Position numbers and translations under genes: made by a program. This document shows positions 63,566-64,000 of a stretch of 64,000 nucleotides of DNA, piece after piece; position 1 is the stretch's first letter, and each line of letters opens with the position of its first letter. The notes under the pieces were generated by a model. The model had not been told where the DNA came from, did no database searches, and saw nothing but the letters and a program-made list of their open reading frames with translations. Source of the DNA: Ptychomitrium polyphyllum (taxonomy: Eukaryota); the NCBI GenBank assembly GCA_973851085.1, contig OZ316775.1, positions 6,634,001 to 6,698,000 on the forward strand. The letters run 5' to 3'.

Positions 63566-64000
63566 TGCGGCCTATCGATCGATCGCACAAGCAACAAGAC
63601 CTCAACAACACCAGCAACGCCGTCGCTCGATCACTCCATGCGTCCGTGGCTCTGCACAACCTTCGTCGCCCCGCGAGCTGCTCTCTTAGCTCCTCTCCGC
63701 GCCGCTCTCACGAACACGCTCCCACAAACCCGCCACCATCACCACTATCTTCCCATTCGTACATTTCATTTACTATAATCTACAAAGCGGATGGATAGTG
63801 CCCGGTTTGGGTGTTGCCCTTCTCGTGATTTCTTCCTGCGCGCTGGAGAAGAATAAATACCTCTTTTCTCTCATCGCGATCTTTTAGGCTTCGCTTTCGT
63901 CTTCTGTGTTTCTTTCCGGACATACTTTTCTTTTGTAGTTCTACTTTTGCTGGAGGTAGACTGGGACTCAGGTTTCGCATCTTGGTTTGACGATTTCGCG

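Overview
Eukaryotic plant nuclear DNA, most likely a moss (inferred from gene structure, protein similarity recalled from memory, and AT-rich TE-derived spacers). There are no prokaryotic features. I can support nine protein-coding genes, with exons traced by hand through GT-AG junctions: a FAM114/BAT2-domain-like gene (+), an FPB1/DEAP2-like thylakoid protein (-), an F-box/kelch protein (-), a CBP3/UQCC1 complex III chaperone (-), a 3-ketoacyl-CoA synthase (-), an OSCA/CSC1 channel (+), a divergent ZTP29-like ZIP protein (-), SWP73/BAF60 (+), and a two-exon 51-aa membrane microprotein (-) that the ORF track misses. Also present are an intronless UDP-glucose 4-epimerase pseudogene, a solo LTR with an intact 5-bp TSD, a decayed chromovirus (Ty3/Gypsy) integrase carrying two related LTRs in inverted orientation, and several tandem repeats. 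The most interesting items are the KKXX-tailed microprotein with a duplicated splice donor, the ZIP protein that has lost its metal-binding motifs, the inverted LTR pair upstream of OSCA, and an AT-hook-like motif in SWP73. All family assignments come from recalled motifs, not database searches.
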